This document shows positions 48,587 through 60,600 of a stretch of DNA of 64,000 bases, in pieces. This DNA is from a virus, in IMG/VR virus record IMGVR_UViG_3300033153_003354, positions 17,383-81,382 of that record; one strand, 5' to 3'. Both the position numbers and the translations under genes were made by a program. The notes under the pieces were generated by a model that did no database searches, was not told the origin of the DNA, and worked only from the letters and a program-made list of their open reading frames with translations. Within the stretch, counting starts at the first letter, position 1. Each line of letters begins with the position of its first letter.

Positions 48587-49679
48587 ATCACCCCGATTTG
48601 TGGTTTTATCGGATTTTCGACAAATCCAGAAAACGGATCACCAACAATCTATGTCAAAGATGTATAAAAACCTTTCCCAAGGATGATTTTATAGACCCCA
48701 TGGGTCTATCGCCCAAAATACTCCAAAAGTCAGGGGAAGTATATAATCTATTATTATTATATACAATACTGAAACGAAATATTTATCAGTGGTGGTATTT
48801 AAACTTCCACTACTAGAAGTTTAAGTTTATATACTTACATAAATAACAAGTCAAATAAACAAACCATATATTAGAATAATATATGGTATAGTATGCCTAA
48901 ATATCCAAACCTTCTATATATACCTTGACATGTCAGTTGTGGTAGTTCTATTATTACCACTACTGTGAAGTGATAGAATTAAACTATATAAACTTGCACT
49001 GCCAGCCATGTTGTCGTATTATATTATGTATATAATATAGGGATCTGCTTGTTATCTTTCTATTATATATATTTTATGGAGTGTTACTTTTCCATATTTT
49101 GCAATTCTGTGGACCGATTTTAAATTTGATATCCGTTAAACCTCGAAATACTCCATATATTCAATAAAAAGGGGTCAAAACTATCACGGAATCGAAAACC
49201 ACCCAAAATCGAAAAAAAGGGGGGTCATATATATAGATGAAGGAAAAAATAATGTTTTTTTGATAAAGTGTGTTTTTTTACAATATATATAATAATTTCT
49301 ATTACTAGTCAGATAACACCACTAACAAGTGGGATTACAAATGGAATTGTTAGTAAATTAACCAAAGATGGAAATGTAAATTTGACTATCAATCGACTAT
49401 TAAATTCATCATTTTGTTGTTCTGTGTAACTTGCAGTGACATAGATCAACCATATCATCTTTGGTATAGATTACTATAGAAATAAGATTGATGATAAAGT
49501 GGAAAGGACACCCGTGAGTGTTTAAGAATAAAGTGTTGTGATCGTCTGTGTCCTATTCCAAAGATGAATGTACTTGTATGTATATAAATGTATTGGTCGT
49601 TTGATTGTCCGGTTGTTCCGTTAATCCTACGGAGTAATGGATCAAACGGCGTACATATACTAACCATCACAAATCATCT

Positions 49680-50306
49680 TTGGGTCGACACATGGACCTG
49701 TATGGGTGGTTTCTGTGGACAATAAATACTTATACATCTTTGGATATAACATATTATATGATTCCAAAGAGGGATGAAAAACGAGAACAACGAATAATAA
49801 AACGATGTATTAAATTACTTAAATATTATAATATTACAAATGTAAACGTGGTGTTTGATGGTAGGTTGAAACATATGTCTTATTATAATCAATTAAGTAG
49901 AAAGATAGTTTTAAATTCAACCTGGTTATATGCTAATACCCAAACTATGTTTTGGACACGTGTTGTTCTACATGAGATCGCACACGTCATCCATTGGGAT
50001 GAATATATTTGGTTGCAACCATCACAATTTCATAATAATATGTTTAAAGAAATATTCTTTTCTATTGGTGGAACAGGATGTGGGAATGAAACACAAGATG
50101 GAGATTTTAAAAACTTATATAATGTATATAAATGTAATAAATGTGGTTATAAATGGTATTCACCAACAAAATTTATAGACAAAGAACACCCACATATATC
50201 TGATACTTGTGATGGTATGGTAATACATATAGGATCAAAAATACTTTCCACTGGAAGTGTAGACTCAAAGATGAAGTTGAAAACTATTTCCACTGGAAAT
50301 CAATAG
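49680..50306 (+). CDS. SprT-like zinc metalloprotease
   Basis: VLHEIAH, H..MFK, YKCNKCG; true start probably ATG near 49758. Confidence 0.75.
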   Translation: MGRHMDLYGWFLWTINTYTSLDITYYMIPKRDEKREQRIIKRCIKLLKYYNITNVNVVFDGRLKHMSYYNQLSRKIVLNSTWLYANTQTMFWTRVVLHEIAHVIHWDEYIWLQPSQFHNNMFKEIFFSIGGTGCGNETQDGDFKNLYNVYKCNKCGYKWYSPTKFIDKEHPHISDTCDGMVIHIGSKILSTGSVDSKMKLKTISTGNQ

Positions 50307-50364
50307 TGAAATGTACAACATGGTCTATATATCATTGGTTTGGTGTCCCACTTTGTACACTCGA

Positions 50365-50733
50365 TTATAACACAAAAGATTTGGTTGTTGTTTTGTTTGA
50401 CTTGTGTATTGTCTTTATATTGGTATGTATGCCATTCCCATGGAGTAACTTCAAATTTGGTCGTGATGATGTGACTAGTAACATTCCTTTACGTCTGGCA
50501 CTATCTAACACTGCCATATATTCAAGGAATTCCTCTGGTGTTTTATCTGCCTTCAAATAGTTGCATATAGAACACGAACAAACAAGGTTGTCATCGTTAT
50601 CTTTTCCTCCTCCTCTCGATATGGGTGTCAGATGGTCCACAGTCATTATGACGGAATTTATACTACCACAATAATAACAAGTATAATCATCACGTTCCAT
50701 GATTTTGAATTTCTTATTTTTTGAAAGACACAT
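50365..50733 (-). CDS. HNH endonuclease
   Basis: RDDYTCYYCG...TVDHLTPISRGG...NLVCSCSICN..K. Confidence 0.92.
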   Translation of the reverse strand: MCLSKNKKFKIMERDDYTCYYCGSINSVIMTVDHLTPISRGGGKDNDDNLVCSCSICNYLKADKTPEEFLEYMAVLDSARRKGMLLVTSSRPNLKLLHGNGIHTNIKTIHKSNKTTTKSFVL

Positions 50734-50737
50734 TCAA

Positions 50738-51318
50738 TCACCCAACAATAATTATACCTGTAGTTGGAGACATAACCTCAATAACTTCGATCTTTGATTG
50801 TTTTATTTGTTTGTCGGGTCTGTATTGGTCCACAAGATCTATTGGTTTAATCATTCTTCCAACATTAAATTTATAAAACTTCCAACAATCATTGATTGGT
50901 TTGAATGCCCAAATCTTGTTATCATGACCACAATTAAATCGTGCGAATATAAATCCATCCTTTCCTATATAAATACAAGGAGCATGTAATATATCACCAA
51001 ATAATCTATCCATGGTTGCCTTTATATTTACCTTTATATATCCTCTTAACTTATTGGCTGTGAATTTCATTTCCAATCCTCCACATCATCTGAAAATGCT
51101 TTATGTTTTCCTTTGTGTCCTTCTCCTCTGATACATTGACGACCATCTTTGTTTTCATCATCACACCGATCTACAAATTTAGAAATCTTTCTCCCACATA
51201 CACAACAATAATTATCATCTTCGGTAATGTAATCATTGTCACATTTATCACATTTATAAAAAATTGTATATAGTTCTTCTAATCCATCTTCTATTGCTAT
51301 TGTTGTTTTGTTTTTCAT
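50738..51318 (-). CDS. Two hypothetical proteins (50738-51076; Zn-binding 51067-51318)
   Basis: GGTGA RBSs; co-oriented with the HNH gene behind a promoter near 51500. Confidence 0.6.
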
Positions 51319-51683
51319 TTAATCACCCAGGACCGTCTTTGCCAGCAGATCCATAAGGACCGACATATTCATCTTCATTCTTCGCTTCTGATATAGTAAT
51401 CTTACCATCAGAGAATGTGATTTCCACCGTATGTTCATCTATTATATTTACTTTCATCTTTGGTTCACCTTACAACTACATATCAGTAGTAGTATATATA
51501 AGTATCTACCCAAAGATGAATTTAACATTTTATGATTATATGTAGTGATAAATTATTATTTTGTATTCATAAATGATTTATTGGTCCGTTGGTTTTACAA
51601 ATCAATGGATCAAAATGTAACACATCTTTGGATAACAAAGTTTATATATTTCTTGGGTGTTGTTACAATTAGGAGATTAGAAA

Positions 51684-54600
51684 ATGGAACTAATATGGAC
51701 AATATTCGTAGGCGTGTTACTTGCAAATGTAGTTGGATCAGTGGTGACTTTTCTTTTGGTAATGTTGCCATTATCACTATTACAATATGTATTGAAAAAG
51801 AAACTAAATGAACAACTAGTGAAATTATGTGTAGATGCCAAACTAAATCATGTCATTATAGAAAAGTGAAAGGTGGAACAAAATGACCAAAGATGAATTT
51901 AATTGGACCGAAGATAAAGTGATGGATTTTATTGACAAACAAGATGAATTCAAAAAACATTGTCGAGAAGTGGTAGTAACAATTCAAGAAATAAGAACCA
52001 GTAATAATTTCAATTATAAATTCAAAGAATATGATTCTATATCAATTGAAGAAGGAACGGTATTTGTTGAATATGAAGAAGATTTATGTGGTTGTTGTGA
52101 TAATAGAATGTCAATTACATTTCCTATTAAATATCTTTGGGCAACCATAGAGGATTTTGAACAATATGAAAAGGATCTTGAAAAGGCTGCTATGGCAACA
52201 GAAGCATATAGGAAAACGATGCTTGAAGCGGCCAAGTTAAAAAAAGAAATTCTGGAAAAACAAGAATATGATCGTCTTCGGGAAAAGTTTGGTGATTAAG
52301 ATGGGTATATATGAAAAATGTTACAAAGAACAATACGGAGAAGAGTTTGAAGCATGGAAATCAGATACATCCGATACATATAATGAATGTATGGATAAAT
52401 TGATTAATTCAGGAGTTGGCATAATGGATGCTTTCATATTTGTAGAAGAAATAATTTCCGCCACTAGGGAAGAATATGGTGATTAAATGGAACATCAACA
52501 TAGATTTTATCGTGTGACAACAAAAGATGGACTCAAGGGACCATTTGAACCAATAGAAGAACTAATACTAACAATAGGTAGTATAAATATAGAGGATTAT
52601 CCATTATCAATAGAATTAAAAGAAATGACATTTGAAGAATATGAAGATCTACCAGTATGGTTAGGATGGTGAGTGAATGATAACAGTAACACATTGTAAT
52701 AAATGTAAGGGCGATGGATCTTATCTAACTGGTGGAAACAGAGAACGAAAAATATATGGTCCAGGTGGATCACAAACGTTTAAGACATGTAGTAAATGTA
52801 ATGGAACTGGTCATGTTGTTAAAGAGGTGAGTAAATGACATGTTTAGAATGTGGATGCCCAATGATAAGAGAACAGTATGGAAGATGTCAATGTGATTGT
52901 GAGTGGTGCGATCCTGATTTATAGGACCAATAAGTTTATATACTACCATCATTATTAGGTTGTTAAGGTGAAACCAAAGATGGAAAACAAAGTGAAGGTG
53001 GAACATGTGATTAATCATATAAAAATAAAAGAAGAAATACAAAGATTAATAGAATTGGACAAGCAAGAAAGAGAAATACTTCTTGATATTACTAATAAAA
53101 CAGAAAAAGTAATTGCTGATATTAAATTTTTAAATGGTAGAATGCATGCATATAATATGGTATTACATTTAATGGATAAACAAGAATTTCAATATGTGGA
53201 GGATTTGTGAATGGAAAACAAAGTGACAAAGGATGATTTACGAGTATGTGAAGTAATGATTCCAAATGAATTATGTGTGCTGAAGGCAAATAATCATATT
53301 GGTGATGATGTATATATTGTCAGACCACACTCTACCAATTATGATACAAAGATATGTAAGAATTGTACATTTCAACAAATGTGCAGGAATTCACAGTAGG
53401 TGAAACAAAATGATAACATGGTTACTTCTTTGGTTTTTAGGATACCGTAGACTAATTGTAAACAGTAAAGAAACTTGTTTTAAATCCAAAGGTACAGTCA
53501 TTTGGATAGGTAAAGATGGAGTTTTATATTCATGGATGACAGATAGATATTCTATGTTTGGATATTCATGGTTCCGTAAAAAACCAAGTAGAAAATATTG
53601 GGGCGGGTATATTTCTGGTGGATGCTGGGAAAGTTATATTTTAGATGATCTTATTGGATATATAATAAAAGATCGTCCATCAAAGATGAAGGAACAAACA
53701 GAAATACTAGTTATAAAATGCGTTCCAACATTTAGATGTGAATATGGTTTTGAAACAGATAACGTTCTTATAATGAACGATCATCATGTGGAGTGTTACA
53801 CATATGAAGGATAAACGAATTTTTAAATACAAATTAAACATAATCGATAGTCAATATATTCCAATGCCACAAGGTTCACAAATTCTATCAGTCAAAGAAC
53901 AAAATGGAACATTAAATATATGGGCAATAGTAGATATAAATAATGATAATATCAAAAATAGATGGTTTTACATCTTTGGAACAGGAAATGAATTTGATAT
54001 ATCTCTTGATGATGCTAAATTTATTGGCACTGTGGTAATGTCAAATGGTCTAGTATGGCACGTTTTTGATGGTGGAGAAACACAATGAATAAAAATGAAC
54101 AATATCGACACACCTCCCACCTGACCCAGACAGGTGTAAATTATTCTGGGTGGAGCGGGGATCTCTCGGTCCCGTCACCGAGTCCAGGCGGTGAGTATCC
54201 TGGACATCATCTTTGGGTCCATAAACTATATATACTTCCACTACTATAGGGTATTAGAGGTGTCACAAAATGAACCAAGAAACAAACCATAAAAGTGAGC
54301 CACACGACAAGTTCATAGTAAAATGGGTCCAGGAGGAGAATGATGGAAATCTTGTTGAATTAAAAGATGATTTCAACTCACTTCATGATGTAAACGAACA
54401 CATCACTCAACTACGACTCTATGCAGAACATACAGGAAAAACTTTCAAAGTAATATCTATTACAGAGGTGATCTAGATGATCGAAGATGATGTTAAATAC
54501 ATATGTCCAGATGCACCAGGTGGATGCAAATCATTGCATTGTTATCACAAAAATCCACATCAACATATAGATTATTATTGTGACACAGATGGAAAAATAT

Positions 54601-57600
54601 GTGGTCATGTTTGTGAGAAGGTGGAATGATGAAAGGAACAATATATTTTCTAACACATGGAAACGAAAAACCAGAGATAATAACTTATGATGAAGTTGAA
54701 AATGAGGATCATTTCATGAATATGATGGTTGCAGCAGTAATAATCGGAAAAGAAGATGGAATATTCACGGATAAGGCGGTTGGATATTTCAATGGTGTGT
54801 GGTATCATGCCATACCTGAAAAGGAGGCCGAATAATAGCATGTTCAGAGTGTCCACACTGTGGTTGGATGGGTAATCAAATGACTTGTCCAGAATGTGGA
54901 TGGATTTGTGTATATGATGAAAGGGAGGAAGATCAATGAAAACAATAGAAGAAATCAGAGAATTTCTAGTGTCTAATGGGTATGAAATGAAAATAAATTC
55001 TACAAAATATATACAAATAAAACCAAATCAACACGAAGAATATCCCAAAACAATCTTTGGTTTGTCAAATAATGATTCTATTTATGGATCAGTTTGTGAT
55101 GGTTTTTCATGTACACGTGATGATAATCATGAAGGACCGCATGAGGCTGGATTTGAAACTGTAGCAGTTGCGTGGTGGACAACTAAAAATGTACCCAAAG
55201 ATGAATATATGGGTCCATTAGGTGATATGAGAGAACCAATGGTCGTTATATGTCCGAAATGTAAAGGACACGAATTTAATGTTGAATCATGTGATTTTTG
55301 TGAAAGAACTGGTACGATAATCTCATGGATGTTGGTTTCTGATCTTATGAAATGGTTAGAATATCATGCGTGTTATTACGGTTTTGTAAAGAAGGCGGTG
55401 CTTGCTATAGAAACAATAAACCACAAAAACGAAGATGAACAAGTGGATCCAAGTGAAGATAAAATATCATCATCAAAGTGTTCGAAATGTGGTTTTCTTT
55501 ATGAAGGAGAAATTCGAATATCTTGTCCCAACTGTGGATTAATCATTCCACAAGATTGTTTGATAAATAGTGTTGAATTAGATGAACATGACAAGTTAGC
55601 ATTAACACAGTATAAAGACAATGATCTTCAAAAGGAAATCAAAGTCGGAAAAAAGCAAGCAATAAAAAATATAAAATGTTTCTCTAGGAGAACGTTTGAT
55701 TAAAGGTGATTGAATGAAAATTGCATGTGAAGAATGTAGATTTTGGTTGAAAAATGAGCCGGATATAGGCAATTGTAAAAAATTACCTCCAACACCAAAT
55801 TTTGATTTTAGTGGACCAATATCACTGTGGCCCAGAACACGATCCAGAGATTGGTGTTATTCTGGTGAATATAAGGAGAGTGAATAAATGAAAATCATCA
55901 TTGAAGAAGATATTAAAGGAACAGGAACAGTAATAGATATAACAAAAAATGCCATAGTCATTGGATCTGGAAGATATGATATTATCATTTGTACCAATGC
56001 TTGGTTTGAAGATGTGTTTGAATGGGTTATGGATGATATAGATTGGTTGTTACCATTCTTTGGATATATTCAGTGGAATGTGGAGGAATAAAATGACAAC
56101 AGATAAAGTTTTTATAGAAGTATGTTATTGTATTGATAGGTGAAAATATGAGTTATGACATATATCTAATGGATCCACACACCGGAAAAAACCTTGAAAT
56201 TAAAAACAAACATACCATCTCTGGAGGAACATATTGTGTTGGTGGAACTGAACGTCTATGGTTGAATGTGACTTATAATTATGTCAAACATTTTAAAAAA
56301 GTTTTTGGAAAAAAGGAATTAGAATTATCTATGGGAAAACTGCTGAAGAAACAATTCCCATACTTAAGGATGCGATTTCAAAACTCGGAGATGATGTGGA
56401 TGATGATTATTGGAAATCAACCGAAGGAAATGCCAAAGATGCATTGAAAAATCTTCTTAAGTTAGCTGAACTTGCACCTGACGGAGTATGGAATGGTGAT
56501 TAAATGAAAATATCAGCAGGAGTATTCTTTTTATTCGGTTTCCTTTGTGCTACATTTGCATATGCAATACTTTCATTCCTCAACCCATCTGTGGATCCAT
56601 TGTTGATTTTGTGCAGCATTGGGTTTGTTGGTGGTATGTTTGGTATGATCTTCGAGAAAGGTTATGTTTTGTATAACGAAAACAAAGATGAAATAAAAAT
56701 ATTGTATGATAAATATAAATCAAAGATGAATATTGACCAATAAGTATAAATAGTAACATCATTATGTAGTTAGTAGGTGAAATAAAATGACCGACTTGAA
56801 AATAGATTTGAATGTTGTTGTTGAATGCAAAAACTGTGGCAATACACTTGATGTAGATTGTGATTTAGATGCACACCATCTTTGGATAAGTATGAAACCA
56901 TGTAAACATTGTATTTCAATTCTTGTTGAAGAATCAAAAGATAGAATTCAAGAACTTAATTCGATTGGACGAGATCAAGAAGAACGAATACGAGAAATGG
57001 AAGATGAATTAAGTAATAGATAAGGAACACAAAAAAATAACCAAACAAAAGGAGAAAAAAACATGAATGCAAAAGAAATAAAGGATTTGAAGTGGGTCGA
57101 GCTGAACGGAAAAAGATATTTGGCAAATGTCAACAAGGACGAAAGTGGAGTTACAACACTTGATAATTCTCTAGAAATCTATTCCATTGGTGGACATGAT
57201 AATAGGGAAGATTTGAGAAAGTATCTTGAAGTTAAGAATGTTGATGAACTCAAGACAATCACTGTAAGTGGAAACATCACTCTATCAGTCCAGGATCTCA
57301 CGGCACTACAGGTTGAACAGATGACAATGTTCGCAAGTGCAATGAAGAGAGCAAAAGACATTGATACCAAGATGTCTGAGAATGACCGTTATAGATCGTT
57401 CACGAATTAGACGGGATTATCCAGTCTTTTCTTTTTTCCAAAGGAGATGAAACATGTTCAAAACCCCTAATATAATGAAAAACAAAAATGACAAACCATC
57501 ATTGGTAATACCAAAAATATTTCTTGATAATGTATCAGATGAAGATATTGCAAAATTCAGTGATATGATATGTGAAGTGATGAAAGCTGGAGTGATTACA

Positions 57601-60600
57601 CCAGAAGAATTTAAAACTGAATATCCAATTGATGGCAACAAAATAATAATTGAACGTATGAATAAAGACGTAGATCATATCATGGGAGTAGATTGGGCCA
57701 CAAATGATGAATGGGGAATAACAGGATTCAAAGAAGGACATTGGTATGTTTACAGAGGAAAAGGAAATTCAGGGAATTGGAATTGGAATTCACAAGGTGA
57801 AATGGATTTTGTTCTTGATGGAAAACCACATCAAGTAAATAAATCTTTTAGTGATTGTGGTGCTTCATTTCATGATTCTACAGATCCTGAATGTTATTGG
57901 GTTTGGAATGATTTTTTGGAAGATTTCAAAGAAGTTCCATGCCCAACCAAAGACGAACCAATCAATATTTATGATTGCAAAGAAAAATGGACACAGATAA
58001 GAAGACAAGGCGGTAAATCAATATGTGCATTCTTACATGATCCAACAATTCCAGATGGTGTAAAAGAATATTTTCTTGACCAATTCAAGGATGATGTTAT
58101 AGATCCGATCAACGGGATATTGATTTCTGATGAAGATGCAACACCAATAATAAAAAATGTTTTACGTGAAATGGAAAAGCGTGAAATGGAAGGATTTAAC
58201 AATTTGGATATTTGTATGGAAACTGGAATATCTTTGGAACAAATAAACAGAGTATTAGAATTAATAAGGAAAAAGGAGAGGTAAAAATGGACAAAGAAGA
58301 AGATAATTTCTTATTAAAAAACATGAACATCATATCTGATGGTTTAAATACTGAAGAAGAAAAAATTGCACTTGCAAATATATCAACAATTTTAAAATTA
58401 TTATTGATTCAAATGCATCATATATCCAAATCGTATAGTTTAATTGCAAATTTTATAGAAACCGGAGAAGGACCAGATATTGAGATTCAAGAAAATGCTA
58501 GTTTTTATGGGTGATATTATGAAAACATGTGAATGTGGAAGAGAATTAATAGAAATGAATCTACCAATTGAAAATCCAGAAAGTGAAATTTGTTTATATT
58601 GTCATTTTCGGGAAAAATCAAAAAATGTCATACAAATGAATGACCGACAAATTTATACAAAGGTGTGAATAAATGAAACACTGGATAAAAAAGCAAGTAA
58701 CAAATTATAGAACTCCTTTATTTTTTGGCCTCATTAAGAGGAAATCAATTACAATTTGTACTGCTGTTTGTGGTAAAGAAATTAAAACTGACCAAATTGT
58801 AATTGATGATGAAAATTTCACTTCATATATGGGGATGGTTTCATGCCCAGAATGTAAAAAATATACGGATCTACGATTTGAAGAAAATAGAAGGATATAT
58901 GAAATTTCCAAAGATGAACACCCAGAATGTGAACATTATCATGGTTCTCCTTATGCTAACATATGTGTTCCACAAGCTCCTTGGTCGTGTAAACGAACCC
59001 AAATAGAAGGAAAATGCATCATGGAAAATCCATTTTGTGATTGTGAACATGCTGAACCAGAGATGGTTCTGACATGTGAAAAATGTGAAGGTGAATAAAT
59101 GTTAGAATGTCCACACTGTAATACAATGATCCAAAAAGCAGATAACTTTGCTGATGGGTTGAAAGGGAAGGCTAGAAAATCTCATAAAACAAAGGCAAGA
59201 AAAAAATATAAAGGAGATTTCATTTACAAACACTTTGGATTCAGTGGATCCAAGTCAGCACCGAAGAACGCCATGTCAGTAGATATATGTAAGAGCTGTG
59301 GGTGGACATCAGTTAATAGACGGGATGGTGTTAAATACACTAATACTGATGGTTTTGTAACAATTGCATGGAGAAACATGTTTTGTGGTTTGAATATTAA
59401 TTGGAAAGAGATCGTAAGAAGAAATGGGTGGTAAGTAAAATGGGATTATTTGATGAATCTTGTCCACATTGTGATGGAGGTATAAGAAGACCAATAGGTG
59501 GAGATTGGTGGGATTGTAACAAATGTGGCAGTTACGATGAGGGAGATGTGTATGGATTTGCTGCTGATATACTAATAAAATTAATAAAGGAACGTGAATA
59601 AAATGAACAAACTAAAAAAGTGGATCAATCAAATATTAGAAATAACAGAAAGAATCTTTTTAATGAAACCAGAATTAATTTCATGTAAAGAGTGTATGTT
59701 TTGTCTTGGGGAATTACCAGAGATAGAATGGGGTGGATTATGCCGAAGAAAACCACCAACAACAGATGAACAAGGTGATGCTGTTTGGCCAAGGGTTGAA
59801 GATGGGGATAGTTGTGGAGAAGGAATTAGGAGACAATAAAATGGAAATAATATGCACATCATTGGAATTAGATTGTTGTCCACATGGAATAACAAAAGAA
59901 TATGGTGTATCTGTTGAAGCATTCTTTAAATTTTGTGCTAATTGTATCTGTTCAGAAACACCACCACAACCAGTTACATATATTATTGATGAAACAGGAA
60001 TTAGAATTATTTGTAAAAGGTGTGGGTTATTATTTGAACAATTAGATAATGGTTGTCCAAATTGTGGATTATTATTGCCAAATTTACATAAACAATAATT
60101 ATATATACTATCACTTCAATAGGGTTGGTAGAGGTAAACAAATGGATCCAACCGACACACTAATAGATGAACACGAAGAAGGAGTACCAACCGAAGAAGA
60201 ACGTCAACAAATGGTTTTGACAGAATGTTATAGTGTTCTTGAAGAACATGGGATCACTGATGTAACAATTGAATTTCCAAATGCTGTTCGTAACTCATGT
60301 TTTTATCAGCACTTAAAGCGCAGGATTGCATTGTGTAAGAATTGGTTATATGTCAATGATGTTGAAACATTTATGGAAGAAGCTGCTTTACATGAGGTTG
60401 CACATGCAATAACAGATCATGTACATGGTTATGGTACAAAAACACATGGAAAAGAATTTAAGTCTATTGCACAATTAATTGGTGCTGCACCAGGATGTCG
60501 ATTTAAAGGAAATCTACCAACCAAATATGGTGGTGTAAGGTATTGTAGTGATTAAAATGAAAAAATTATGTGTTGGTTGTAAAACAGAATTAAAAACACT

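Noticed and set aside
49150-49230. Full ORB elements from the AAAGGGG(GG)TCA strings
   Set aside because: G-strings are present but the TTCCA-x-TGGAAA core spacing does not fit
49306-49388. Twister ribozyme (TAACAC start, TTACA/TGTAA pairing)
   Set aside because: The conserved P4/L4 core of twister is not present
54085-54249. 54-aa ORF across the pseudoknot island, or frameshift stimulation of the upstream gene
   Set aside because: Atypical composition, runs through the next promoter, and no slippery site 5-9 nt before the first pseudoknot
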